Shown here in pieces: positions 24,437 through 37,811 of a stretch of DNA of 40,532 nt (its first letter is position 1; every line of letters begins with the position of its first letter). Source of the stretch: Atractiella rhizophila (taxonomy: Eukaryota); contig MU271504.1 in NCBI GenBank assembly GCA_021432655.1, positions 11,639 through 52,170 on the forward strand, given 5' to 3'. Made by a program: the position numbers and the translations under genes. Under the pieces are notes generated by a model. The model was not told where the DNA came from, did no database searches, and saw nothing but the letters and a program-made list of their open reading frames with translations.

Positions 24437-25875
24437 ATGACCAGCGCCATAAAGAACGCTATAGAGAAGGTGCAAGGGAAACAAAGCTATGGACAAGATT
24501 GGCTTCCGCCGCTCAAAGGCAGGGTCAGCGTTTTCCTCTCAGAGCAAAATGATGGAGGAATAACATACTAAGAGTCGAGCAGGTAGCCGTTGTTACTGGC
24601 GCTTCGGGAGGAATTGGTTTTGAAACAGTGAAATCGTTGATTCAGTACGGCGAAATTGACAAAGTTTATGCCCTTGGGGCACCAGATTCCGTGGATGTTG
24701 CTCGAGATGCAATGCTCAAGAGTGAGAAGAGTTGGGTAAATGAGGCCGAAGTGACAGGATTGGACGATCCCGCAAAGGCTTCGAACAGCCTCGAATGGAT
24801 TAAGTGCGACTTTCAAGATATGAAGGAGACTTTGCAATGCGCGAAGGAATTGACCACTAGAGTCGAGGAGGGTGGGCGCCTGGATTTCGTGCGTTGTTCA
24901 GTCTCGCAATGTCATTGTGATTTGATGCCAAAGCAGCTATTGCTCAACGCAGGGATGGGTATCAATACGTTCATCCTAACGAAAGATGGAGTTGAGCGAC
25001 ATCTTCAAGTGAGTGCCTTCCCTCTTCCCTACTTCCCACTGACTTCCAATAGGTCAACAGTCTCTCCCATGTTCTACTGGCCAACCATCTACTGCCCATC
25101 ATGCGCAAAACGGCCAAGCGAACAGACCTCGCAGACTCTTCAGTTCGAATAATAACCATGGCTTCTGAGCTGCACCGACCGGCCCAATTTGGCTCAGATT
25201 GGGCGTTCGAGAAGGAGGAGTTCAAAAAGGATGTTGGTAGGTCCCTTGTAGTTCTACTTCTATCAAATTTGAAGGGTGGTTTCCTCGATTGCGCAGGTCC
25301 TTTTCAACTATACAACAGGACCAAACTTGCTCAGATTCTGCTGGCAAAAGGCCTGCTTTCCCATGCTCTCACAGGCACTTCAAAGATTCGAGTTTTCTCT
25401 GTGCATCCTGGTGGCGTGGCTACTGGTCAAATAGGTTGGTTCCTACTTCATGCATTCTAGCCACTCTAATCACATCAACAGAGCAATGGAAAGAGGCATA
25501 TGGCACTCCCGGCGAAATTGGAGAGAAGATTATGCGGCCAATAATGAGGGATCCTCCAAAAGGTAGCTTGTCCTTGCTGTGGGCCGCCTGCGCTCCTGAC
25601 GCAGCTAAATATGAAAACGGGGTTTGTTTTGCTTTTCATCCACTTTGTGTAGTTGGTTTCCTCATTGATACGACAGACATACTTCACAGACCCCAATCAA
25701 AAAGGAGAGGAGACGAAACAAGCCTCCAACACCAAGGTATGTCACACTTATTACAGCGACTCGCGCTTACCCCATTGGTCATTAGCTTATCGATAATTTC
25801 TGGAATAATTCGCAGGCTATCATCCGGGAGGCTGTAGGAGACGAAGCCTTCATTGATTGGCAGAAGGAGGATTGA
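24437..25875 (+). CDS. Short-chain dehydrogenase/reductase (retinol dehydrogenase/WWOX-like); multi-exon
   Basis: VAVVTGASGGIG Rossmann motif, LLLNAG, RIITMASELH, catalytic YNRTK, SVHPGGVAT. The last exon ends DWQKED* at 25875. Confidence 0.9.
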
Positions 25876-26146
25876 AGCAGGATACCTGTTCTCGATTTGA
25901 CACATTGAAATGTACAAAGAAATATGTATAAACTGAAAACGGTTGTTGGTTGCAGTATCGCATTTCCTCAGACGATTGAGGAGTATTTTGTCTCGATACT
26001 GGAAAGATGCATTCCTGTGATTGAAGCGAACTAAAAGACCAAAAAACCAAGCTGGGTCCTTCAATGGGTCTACCTTGTTAAGATACAGTTGCAGACACGT
26101 TTCGATTGTTTGAGTACAGTGTACAATTTAGTTTCCATTCTCGATG

Positions 26147-29100
26147 TCAATCTTGTCCATCTCCCAAATCTAGGCACATGTTAGTGGTACTTTCGCCGTA
26201 AAACAAAACAAAAAGCGACCCACATCTCCAAGTCAAATTGGTGTGATCGTTGAAGCCAAATAACTGCACCACCTGCGAATCTCCAGGCATCACGTCCAAA
26301 CCATTATCTGACAAGCGGGTATCATCGTTAAAGGAGAGTATTAAACCCTTCACAGGCCTATCGGCGGAAACCTTAACCGCCTTTGCATTTCTGTCGAAAT
26401 CGACGACGACGTTTGTGTCTTTGCGCGTAGGAAAAGCGAGGAACTTGAAACTGCACAGGAGTCGGTAAACTTTTGTTGCCGAAATGAATGTCATACGCAC
26501 GGCTCAGGCCAGGTAGCGAACCTGGAGACCACAGCCCTGCTCGTTTTATTGATCAATCTTGCAGCAACAACCACAGTTTTCTTGTCGTGGACAATTGGTG
26601 GTTCAAACTTCTCTAATTCGATGCTGCCGAGTGCAGGGATGGCGACATCTTTCTTTTCCTCCCACAACAGCTTGCCTGACAAAAATTCTACTGCCTCAAT
26701 ATGGAGCTGAAAGGACTTCGTCGTAGGACTAGAATTTACCCCCCAAATCTCGACGTATTCGGTATCGACGTAGAAAGCTGCGGAACGCTTGGAGGGGTAA
26801 GTTCGCTGGACATAGCGCTTCATTCCGATTGCTACCGGTGCGAGAGCTCGTTTCACCGCAAAGTACTGACGACAGATTAGCCAGGATTAGCTAAGGAAGG
26901 TAGCGTATGGATGACCAACGGCAGGTTTGGGTCGGAGGAAGTAGTCCACAATCGCCCATGAGATTGTAGGCCAGCAATCGCTATGCCAAAATCAGCGGCT
27001 TTGCAACAGAAAAGCATGGACGGACTCGATCTGCCAAACCAGAGCGCCACCGTTATAATACTTCTTCTCCCCTTTGAAATCTCTTCTCCATAACCGATAA
27101 GCAGTTTCGATTGCTTCGGATTGCATTAACTGTGTATAGTAGACGTAACTTTCGATCTCGAACGAGTGACGGAAGTTCTCGACGAGATCTGTAGGAACGA
27201 CTTAGCGATAATGAGAAAGACAACGGGCAAACTGACAGAGCTCCAGTCGGCTAGGGACTAGAATATCAGTGCAAGCTACCGTATTGGAGAAGAGGCGTAC
27301 CGCTCAAACCCAGCGGCCTTGTTATGATCGCACATGGTTTGTGATTGCGGGAATCGTTCCGAAACTTCACCGTCCAGTAAGCTGTAATGAAAGCCATCAG
27401 CTTGGTTTGATTATTCTGTGTACTGTGGCGCACTAATCGATTGTCTTGATGTCTGGGTATCCCTCCATCCCAAACTCGGAAACGAAGCGTCCACCCAACT
27501 TGTCCCAATCTTGGTATCGTTGCTGCAAATATTTGTCAAATGATTAAAAAAGACTCAAAACGAAACGTACTTGCGAACCATGCCAGACTAGGGGAATGAT
27601 CAGCGTAGAAGGAAGGAACAAACATCAACTCCACGCACCATTCCATTGATGGATGTCTCCTACTGTCGGATCCTTAGTGTTGACACCTCCCCATGGCGAA
27701 CCAGGGTGATAGTAAACTTCTGGAGCTGTCAAGGCTTTCACAACCTCAGGCAAAGTTCTCTCGTAAATCTCTCGAGCGGGAAAGTTGGTTTTCGTATAAT
27801 CCCCTGTTGTGTCTGAAGGGTCGTATTCGAGTTTACATGCCTCAGCAATCTACAAATTTGACCAAGGTAAACTCGAGAGCGGAGCGAGCAAAGCAGTACC
27901 TGATAATCTTCATTGTTTCCCGCAAAGATCGCAAGACAGGCATGGTGCCGCAATCTTTTAACGTTCAGTTCTGCTTCCTGTTTCACACTCGACAGGAATT
28001 CAGGATGCGCCGGATATTGACTATGCAGGAGAGATAGAGTCAGGTGGGAACTCTTGGGCGTTGATAAGAACTTACCCACAGCCGAACATGAACTGTGGAT
28101 AGTCATGGACCTCTTGGCCTGATATGGAAGAAAAAGCGTACATCTTGCCAGACTAATAGTCCCTTCTCATCACATAAATCGTCTACATCGCCAGTCAGTC
28201 AGCCTTTCTACACAATGACGACCAACTACACACAGAAGCAATCTTCCTCATAAACACCTCCACCCCAGACCCTAACCATATTTTGATTTCCTTGGGCAAC
28301 CAGTTCCAACCAATCATCGTAGCGTTTCTTGTTAACATTGCTCAAGAAGTTATCGCAGGGAATCCAATTGCTGCCTCCAGCGAAAAGAGGGAGATTGTTG
28401 ACTTCAAAATAGAAGCTTGTACCGGGCTGACCGTCTAACGGTTCCTGAACAAGTCGAAGGCGACGGAAACCGACCTTTTGCTCTTCGGTAGTTGTAACCT
28501 TGCCCAAAAAGTCAGACTGTTGCCGATGTATGAAAACAACACAAAAACCGACGTTTTCGAAGCTAACCGTGACCCTGACAGAGTAGAGACATCCCACTTC
28601 CTCTCTGGTTTCCTTCTGTCCTAAAGCCCACCACAGTTCAATGTCTCCCTTTTCAAACTTCCCGAGATCGACTATTGTATCTTCATTAACCTTCGCTTCC
28701 ACTGTTTGAGAACTCAAAACGCGAGACGATTTGGGATCGATGAGTTCTACGGTAGCGGATACGCTGTTGGCGGAAGACTTAGGCGCTGAGATGGCGCTAA
28801 AGGAAACTGAAAGAGAGGATGTTAAATCGTGAGCGACGACGGGCCGCGAATACCTGGAAGAATGCGTGAGTCGCACAACAGACCGAGGCAACAGCTCACA
28901 AGTCTTCAATCCTCAATGCAAACGTCTCCAATACAATAGGCCGCCAAGGTCCAATCGTCATCAGAACTGGCCTAACGTCCATGCAGTTTGGGATTCGAGC
29001 AAACAAATACATAAAACAACACATACCCCCAATCCCATCCCCAATTCGTTCCACTCTTTCTCACCCACAATCTCGCGGCGTCACCGTTCCATAAGTTTAC

Positions 29101-30362
29101 TTTCCATCGTCTCGTCTCGTTAATGTTCTCGTTTTAATTGTGTGAGGAGAGACAGCGCACAGTGCTTGCCCTCACCCAAATAATGTTCCTCGATTTCCCT
29201 CCCTTTCACAAACGCGCTTCGAAAGACAAGATACAGGTCATTGATCTCTCCTTCTTTCTTCAATGCATCCGTAACGTCTACTCGATGGGAAATGAACTGA
29301 TTGTCCGTCCCCAAAATGATCTTTCCGTTCTATCACGCTGATAAGCACTTGTTGGATGGTTCGGAGGAGGAAAGGCAGCGAACGAGGTAAACGTCGCAGA
29401 AGGTGTCGAGACCATCAAAGCGGAAGGAGTGTGCAGAGTTGGCAGGGAGCGCTGGAGAAGGGAAGTTGCAGCGGTAGATCCAATCTGTTTCTCCGACCCC
29501 TGATTGAAGTATGTATCAGCTTTGCTATGGTGACGACTCCTTCCGAAGAGAGCAAAGCCGAAAACTCGCTGGTTCTTGAATTCAATACAGCAGATCATGG
29601 GACTGAGAACCCGCTATTCACCTTTGACTTCACTACTGTGTGATATCTACTTTCTCGCTGACTTTCCCCTGTTTAAGACAATGTACATCTTTTTATTTAA
29701 TTTGTAAGGTAAGGCACGTGAAAGCTGAGACCGACAAATTCTTTCATAATTGGGGCTGAAGAGTTCCCAGTTTTACAACTGAATATCCTCTCTCTTCACT
29801 CGAGTTTCCACCAGCTGAAAACACCGTCTCTGTGCTTCGAAATGGGACAAGGCTGGAGAAATCCGTGCCATTGAGGGTATCTCTTCATTACGCTCCTCGA
29901 AACGTAACAGAAACAGCAACCAAAGAAAGGAAGATACAAAGGACAAGGGAGATGGAGTCTTTCCAAGCTCACCAAACTTCCGTCCTATGAGAGGCACAAC
30001 AATGTGCTTTCTCAAGCATTCTAAGATCTCTTCTCTCCTCCGTTGCATTGAACTAGCCGATTACCGCACGACTGCATATCTCGCCTAACACATAGTGTAA
30101 ATGACTACTTACATTGCACCAATCGCTCATTCCTTTTCAAGAAAGGGTCCACAATTCTCCCTTTAGCCAAGAGCTCTACATGAACAGTCCCAGGAACACC
30201 CTGCGTGCATTCATCCCACTCTGTCCATGCTCCTCCCAACCCGTCTTCTCCCTTCAACGCTGGAGGAGGTTTGATGTGTTGGTTGTAGTCAAGCGGAGAG
30301 AGTGATGGAAGAGGAGATGGCTTGTAATACCATTTGAGCGAGCCGAGATCGAGAGAAGACAT
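26147..30362 (-). CDS. Glycoside hydrolase family 2 beta-mannosidase; many exons
   Basis: PGTVHVELL...DPF, W|VGETDWIY, FDGLDT, GWDWG, FYFEVNNLPLFAGGSNWIP, NMVRVWGGGVYE, RLRHHACLAIFAGNNED (putative acid/base NE), RFVSEFG (putative nucleophile), LSDNGLDVMPGD. Confidence 0.93.
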
Positions 30363-31041
30363 GCTGATCTATGGCTGCAGACCGCGGCGTAACCTTTGCA
30401 GACTAGTGTAGGTGCTACTGGTAAGGAGAAGAGGTGAGAAGCAAGGAGGTAAGACTCTTGAGGTGGATCTGCTTTTGCAATGATCGATGAAAATGCGTGG
30501 GGGGTCGCGTCTCGTCCCGTCTTCACAACGACCATCACCTACTTTGCTTCGAATAAGCAATAGGTTCGTGACTGGATTGCTGGGCTGGTCAGATTAGTTC
30601 GCTCTCATCAGGAATGCCTCGGTCAAGGTGAGTTATCACAAGGGGGAACTGTTGCTTTCCTCAAATTGTTGCTGGTGGTTGATGTCGCTTCCTCTTCATG
30701 GGAGCTCCCTAGTTTCCTGGGTGATACTGTATGGGAGAGCGTGAGAGCAAGAGCGAACTCTCTCGCTATCAGCCAGACGTTTCTCCAATTTGAGGAGTTA
30801 CCTCTTTCCGTCCTCTCTAATCAACGACATTATGACCATTTCACATATTCCGTCACCAGTTTCCATCTTTTTCACACTTCTTCAACATGATAGATTCCTC
30901 AGAATACTATAAGTAGCTCGGCGTGATGGCCTTTTACTGCTTCTGTGGCTTGTCTTGGCAGGAGTGTTTTGAGGCTGCATAGCTGATATATTGTTAGCGT
31001 CGACCAACACGCCCAACAATACTACCTGCTTTGAATCCAGA

Positions 31042-32243
31042 ATGGTACATACATGCCTCCCTCCCGATGTAGTCGATACAATTCTATCCCATTTCACACA
31101 CAGCGAAACTTGGGGTTCAAGACCGGCAAGAACGAGGAAGGACGAATGGATATCAACCAAAGATTTGTTGGACTGGAGTTGCATGTATGTTTCGCATCCT
31201 CACCCTTCAAAGCTACCCCTAACTTAAACTAAGGGTGTAGTTGTCGAACATGGACGGTGTCAGTTCGTCAACGAGTGTTCCGAACCGTGACCATCGCTCT
31301 TTCTTCGAGATCACCACGAGATGCTCCATTGATTTTGAACTTTGCCCACTCCCTAAGAGCATACTCTTGGCTCTCTGAGCACATCAGGTCTATAGTCATC
31401 AAGTATGATGCTCGCGCAAGCCCACTTGTTCACACGCTGGACGAATGCCTACATTTGCTTCCTTATCTGGCTTCTGTCCAGCTCAAAGGGTACTCTTCAA
31501 TGGAACCTGCCGAGTTCAACAAAATACTCCACATTCTGCCCGCTCAAATTTCTATCATCCGCATTACAGATCAGCGCTCTGTCGATTTGGAGAATCTGCC
31601 GATATTCTTAGCTGATCACCCCCACGTCAGCTCCCTTACCTTCAATGTATCGTATTTAGAGGGACAACTGAATCGAACTCAAACGTTTCCGCAGTCGAGG
31701 GTTATAGAACTATCAATTTCTTGCAAGGCAATCGCTCTATCCGTCATTCTCAGACTTTTATCGTACTTTCCGTCACTTCGCGAGCTTTCCCTTGATGTAT
31801 CCATCAACACTGATGCCGACATGTCAATCCTGGACGAGTTTTTCCCCTTGCCTTTGCTCCGGAAAGCCACGATAAAGATCCCGTCCCCATCAAGCTTTAC
31901 CACTGCCGACAGACTACGAATCGAATCGATATTCGCCAGTGCCCCTAGCCTTGAGTACCTTACTTTAGGCGGAGAGTGTCTCGATAGATCCATTTTTCAG
32001 AAAATTCCCCGCAGCGTTAGACACTTGGGTGTTTGGCTTCATCCTAATCTTCCTTTCTCTCTTCTCGGCCCTACCTCTTGGAAGGAGCTTTTGGACGACG
32101 AAACATTTCTTCCTGACCTTCGAAGCTTTGTCGTCCTCGCTGAAGTCAGCTTGCGTTTCGGTACAGACTTGTCCATCAAGTACAGCCAAGTCTTCGACGA
32201 GTGCAAGAGAGATTGTGTTGTGGATTTTCAGATTGTGAGGTAA
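31042..32243 (+). CDS. Lineage-specific F-box protein with degenerate LRR-like C-terminus; 2 exons
   Basis: LPPDVVDTILSHF...LLDWSC|.CRTWTVSVRQRVFRTVTI is F-box-like. It is followed by a 328-aa exon with LxxLxL repeats (FPSLRELSL, APSLEYLTL, LPDLRSF). Confidence 0.7.
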
Positions 32244-32394
32244 GATATCCCAGGTTATCACGGCCACCACCAGTCCTCCGTCACTCTTACATGTAGAGTA
32301 TTGGAGAATGTTACATCGCCTCTCACTCCTAAACTGGCACTCAGTACATTGTTTAGCGGAGAACATCCAATCTGTTGTTGCAACCTGTAAACCT

Positions 32395-33444
32395 TCAAAT
32401 ATAATCGTCAAGTTCGAGTTCCTGAAAGCACTCAGCAGCTAATCTAGCAGCCTGACAAATGCACTGTCGTCTGATGTGGCCTTCTTCTGAATCCCAGTCG
32501 CGAATTCCAGGGCAATATTCGGAAACATCGTCGAAACGAAGGAGATGGGCGGAAATTGTCTTGATAGCACCTTCAACCAAAGTGTCTGATAGGATAATGT
32601 CTTCACTTATTTTAGCTAGAGTACTATACTCATTGCAGGTGTCGCTGATATATGCTTGAGTGAGCTTGCAGACCTGTTCGTAGACTAACCGCCGATTCGT
32701 TTCCAGGACCATCGCCTGCACATTGAGTATGAGGGCAAGGTTTATGTCAAGTGGGGTTGCGCACCAAGCGGTACATGGCGTTCAGGTCAAACGATTTCTC
32801 CGTACTGAATCTTTTGATCATTTGGTGCGATGACATATTGCCATCAGCAGTGCTGCTGAGATGCTGAGAGGAGCACGCTGTCTTTATGGCGCTTCTGATG
32901 AGTTTCGCGTCCCCAGTTCGGCAGGTGATGAGATAGATTTTAACAGCGTCAAAGAACTTGTTTGTGTGTTCTTCCTCCTGTTGTGAGATATGGAGTGCTC
33001 GGCTCCTATTTCATCCTTACAATATCAGCATTTCCTGCCCACTGGGAGGGAATATATAGCTTGCTGGATAACGAAGCGGCAGACTTGGCGTAGATACGGT
33101 AAGTCATACTTGTCTGCGGCTTCGACCGTGTCCAACAGCAAGTCCAAGTCCACTGTGTCGCTCAAGAAGTTCGAATCCTCAATTCCGTGTACAGATTTAA
33201 GAACGACCTCCAGAACAGCAGCTGGTTCCTGCAGGAAGACGCGGGGAGTAACTTTCTCTTCAACATTGGCCGGTTGAGGCATGACGCTCATCGAGGCAAA
33301 GACTTTAGAATAGTGTTCCAGCAGGATCTTTCGTACGCCGTGTGCAATTCCGTCGCCAGATATGATGATCAGGTCACAATCTGCCGTGATGGGGAAGGTG
33401 GAGGAAATCACGGTTTCCGACTTTGCTGTTCGATTGTCGCTCAT
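32395..33444 (-). CDS. BTB/POZ-domain protein; multi-exon
   Basis: ADCDLIIISGDGIAHGVRKILLEHYSKVFASM...VFLQEPAAVLEVVL...VEAADKYDL matches the fungal BTB pattern. The last exon ends at 32395. Confidence 0.8.
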
Positions 33445-33792
33445 CTCGGGACTGCAAGACATTCTGATCAATTATGATGACCGTACGGCAACCACTGGTA
33501 CTTATTAGATGGAACCTTGAGCGCAGGTGGACAACTTATTCGTTGATTTCGCAACACCAACCTCTACATCATCTTCTCATCCAGAGGTTCATGCGGGGCG
33601 TATAGGGCATTTACTCCATTCAGCAGAACAACTATGATTATAATTTGGAGTAACGAAGACGCCCACGACGAGAAAATTTGGGAAGGCGAGTGAAGCTTCA
33701 GGATCAAGCATACATAACCTGCAACCCAACTCACCAATATCAATAACAGCGAAAAGCGAAAGGGTCTGGATACGGTATTCATCATATGAAGA

Positions 33793-36700
33793 ATGCACCT
33801 GAGCGCATTGGATCAAGTGACTCTTCCCGTTTCCGACCAGGACGCGTCGGTTCCGCCGAAACGACGACCGCGGAATGCCTCAATGACTTTAGAGAAGGTG
33901 GAACATGACGAGGTCAGAGAGCCAGTGGCGTTGGAGGATGGGACAGATGGTTTAAATGGCACTGATGCTAAGTCAGAAGGGACGCCGCTGAATGGCAATG
34001 GTTTACACCCCAACGTCGATCCGCCAATGTCCAATGGAGAGGTCTCCGAGTCTGAGCAGGAAGAGGAAGACGAAAATGAAGAGGATGAGGATGACGAGGA
34101 GGAGGAGCCGGCGCTGAAATATTCGCTGTTCCCAACTCTCGCTTCTTCTCTCGAATCACAACATCTCACCATGTCGTCCGTCTACCTCTCGAAGCATTAC
34201 ATAGTCCTTGGAACTCATCAAGGCACGGTTATGGTGTGGGATCATGACCAAGTTTTAGTGAAAAAGTGGAGAGCTCATGGTGCGACGGTGAATGCGGTTA
34301 CGATGGATGAGAAGGAGGAAATGGTGGGCACGGCAGGTCATGATGGTGAGTCTATTCTTCAAGGCGCGTGGGAGTGGGAGCGGAGAGCGTTCCCGTGCTT
34401 GGTATGCATGTTTCCTGTAAAACGTCGCTGGAGCATGGTTGAGCACATTCGTAAGGGTCATATTGTTGGTTGTAGCTCTTGGGAAGTAACCGCTGAGTTT
34501 TGAAAGCTGCAACATATCATAATACCTATCATGGGGATTGTGCATATCGTATTTGATGCGCTCCGCCTTCTCAGACTCCTTTATATAGCCTACATGCTGA
34601 AATGGAGTCAACAGGCAGAGTCTGTCTCCTCCCTCTATCGGCAAAGGAAGAGGCGCACGGGCACGATTTGAAGCGTCCTATTCTAGCACTCGCCCTCGAG
34701 CCACGGTATGCGGACTTAGGGACGAAACGGTTTGTGTGTGGTGGGATGGGAGGCAACTTGGTAATGATGGAAAAAGGATGGTTGGGAAATAAGGAGACGA
34801 AGATCTTTGGAGGAGAGGGCCCGATCAGGGCAGTAGAGTGGTGGGAGAGATTAGTAGCATGGGTGTCAGATGCTGTGAGCTTTTCCTTCTTACGGAAGAA
34901 TACTTAGACGATAGAAGGCTGATGCCACGTTTGGATCGGAAGGGCGTTAGGGTCTATGATGTTCAGACAAGTCAACGGATCGCCTTCGTACGCTACCCCC
35001 AATCTTCGCCTTCTCCAGCTCTCATCCGTCCCTCCCTCTTCTTCTCTCCTTCGCTCAACGGTCGTCCCACCCTCTTGATCGGTTGGGGATCCCTCCTTTC
35101 ACTCCTTTCCGTCAAACCTCATTCGGAAGCTGCACACGGCGCTTTTAACCTCGCAAATCTTCCCGGGGTCAGCTTGATGAAGGAAGAGAAGCTTGTATTC
35201 GACGTACCGGCTGTGAGCCTCGAGTTCGATTGGGAGATCTTAGGTGTGAGACCATATGGTACGGAAGGCTTTTTAATCCTTGGTTATCCGACAGAAGAAG
35301 AGGAGGGAGAAAAGCGACCCAGTCTCCTCGTCGTCAGTAATGAAGGAGAGGAGTTGTCAGCTGATGAACTTGAATTGGCACATGCGGACAAATTCAAGAC
35401 GTGGGATTATCGGTTCTGTTCCATTGATCGCCCTCCGGTATCGACAACAACAACAGGTAATGCAACTCACGATGATGATGGTTGGTACGTCATGTCGCCG
35501 GAGGATCTAGTATTAGTCAAACGGCGCGATCCCTCCGACCGCGTCGAATGGCTCACTTCCGTTGGGCGATACGAGGAGGCTCTGGAACTATTAGATGGGC
35601 CAAAAGGGTTTGTTGACTTGGGAGTCAACGGATCAATGGGAACTGTGAAAGGGGATCGCAAGGCCATAGGGAAAAAATGGATGGCGTCGTTATTAGAGAA
35701 GGGGGAATATGAGAAGGCAGCACAGGAAGGACGGGAGTTCGTTGATGGAAAGGATGAGTGGGAGGCCTGGGTTTGGGCTTTTGTCGAACGCGGTCAGCTC
35801 AAGGTCATCATCCCTTTCGTCCCGACTACTGAGCCGAAACTGGAGGCGACCGTATATGAAATGATCCTGGCCTCCTTTCTCAAATCCTCTCCTGCCGTGC
35901 GCGCTTTCCTCTGATCACGTCACATCTGTGAAACCATGACTGTGATTTAGAAACTGCTCGAAACGATCAAGGAATGGCCAGGCGACATCTACTCTACTTC
36001 CTCCGTCCTCCTGGCTGTCCAGGATCGGATTGATCGCACCGACCGCACCGTCCCAGAATACGATATCCTCCTCTCTTGCGCGCTCGAACTTCTTCTTCAC
36101 TCCGAACAATACGCGAAAGCGATCCCTTACTTTCTGAAACTCCGGAAACTCGAAGTTTTTGAGTTCATTAAACAGCATCAGCTTTGGGACCAAATGAAGG
36201 AAAATGATGGGATTAAGGAGCTCGTGTTGTTCGAGAGGAGCGTCAAGGGTGAGAGTGGGGAGGAGGAGGCAATGCGCCTCTTCGTAGAGCACACTAATGA
36301 GATACCTATCGACCGCGTCGTTCAGCAACTGGCATCAGAACGGAAGGACCTTTTTAAATACCTCGATGGAGTTTTTGAGAAAGATCCTCATCTGGCTTTT
36401 GCTTACGCTGATCTACAAGTGCGTTATCTGTGTTCTTGTCGAGGTATATGCTGATGACACCCAGGTTGAACTCTACACTGAATTTGGTTCCAACAAGCTT
36501 ATGCACTTCCTTAGATCCAACAGCTACTACAGCTTAGAGGTGCGAAACCTAAATCCACCTTCCTTGGTGTAGAAGCTGAATCACTAATAGAAAGCATACA
36601 ATGTGTGTCAAAAGTACGATCTGATACCAGAAGTCATATTCCTGCTTGGAAGGATGGGAAACAACAAGAAAGCTCTCATGATTATCATCGAGCGTCTAGC

Positions 36701-37551
36701 GGATGTTGACCGGGTGGACAAAACCTTTCTTATGTCCTTTCAAGCAGTATGTTGACCCTGCGTGATAGGCTATTGAATTTGCAAAGGAGCAAAACGACGC
36801 TGAACTTTGGCAGGATCTTCTCAAGTATTCAGAGACTCGGCCAAGTATATTTTCCTCTACGTCACATGTCCATCGCTAACTAACGTTTCAGCTTTTATCA
36901 AGAAGTTACTGGAGACAGTTGGAGGGGAGATTGACCCGATCCTCCTCATACGGCGGATCCAAAACGGGTTAGAGATACCTGGCCTCAAAGCCTCATTGAT
37001 AAAAATTTTACAAGATTTCACCCTCCAGGTGCGTCATGTCTTCTATAGTACTCTACGGTGCTCAAGGTAGGGCAGATGTCATTACTGGAAGGTTGTAAAT
37101 CAGTTCTGTCGAACGATTCACGGCAACTCCAACTCAAGCTTCACTCAGGTCAAACAAATGGCTTCCACTGTCATTGTACGCCTTCTCTCCCCTCTTTACA
37201 TCTGTGCTCAATGAATGGACCATAGCCGAGACACTCTGCAAAAACTGTTCCAAGTCCCTCTTCGCGCCACCTGAAGATGCCTGTCTCCCAGGTCTCGGAA
37301 TCGTCTTTCTCTGCCGCCATGCCTTCCACGCTCGCTGTGTATTCCCGCACGATCATGCTTCAACGGATGCGAAAGAAACTACGGTTCCTAATCTCGCAGA
37401 ACGACAGATTGATCGGATGAAGGGGGGAGGTACGGGTAGCACGAATCTCAGTCTGAAGCTGGCGGCGACGTTGAAGAGCCAATATGTCGATATCGCTTGT
37501 CCCTATTGTTTGAAAGGGGGAGCGACGGGCGCTGGAGTTGGAGTTGGATGA
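33793..37551 (+). CDS. VPS41: HOPS subunit Vps41 (WD40, clathrin repeat, C-terminal RING-like domain); multi-exon
   Basis: Acidic N-terminus then EEPALKY, LGTHQG, FVCGGMGGNLVMMEKGWLG, GEGPI, clathrin-repeat region (FLRSNSYYSLE, LLGRMGNNKKAL), DPILLIRRIQNGLEIPGLK, and C-terminal CKNC..CRHAFHARC..CPYC. Confidence 0.95.
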
Positions 37552-37811
37552 GATGATAATATAGCAACGATGGCTCGTTTTGCGTTCGTGTTTCTCGTAT
37601 AAATTTGCTGCATCTGTACCAATTCTCCCAACTCCCCAACTTTGTTGCATCTTTTGTTTCTCTCCTTGTTTCCTCAGATCCACGTACTCATAGGTTGCAA
37701 TCGCATACCCATCTTCCTCCACCAGACGCGATGATAGCGTCTTCGCTTCCAATTTCCAACTAACTCAGTGTTCGTCCAAAAATGAAAGATGAATAAATAT
37801 GTACATGATGC

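Noticed and set aside
34450..34550. TPP riboswitch in the VPS41 intron
   Set aside because: It lacks the UGAGA and CUGAU...UAAU...CG core, and the host is not a thiamine gene.
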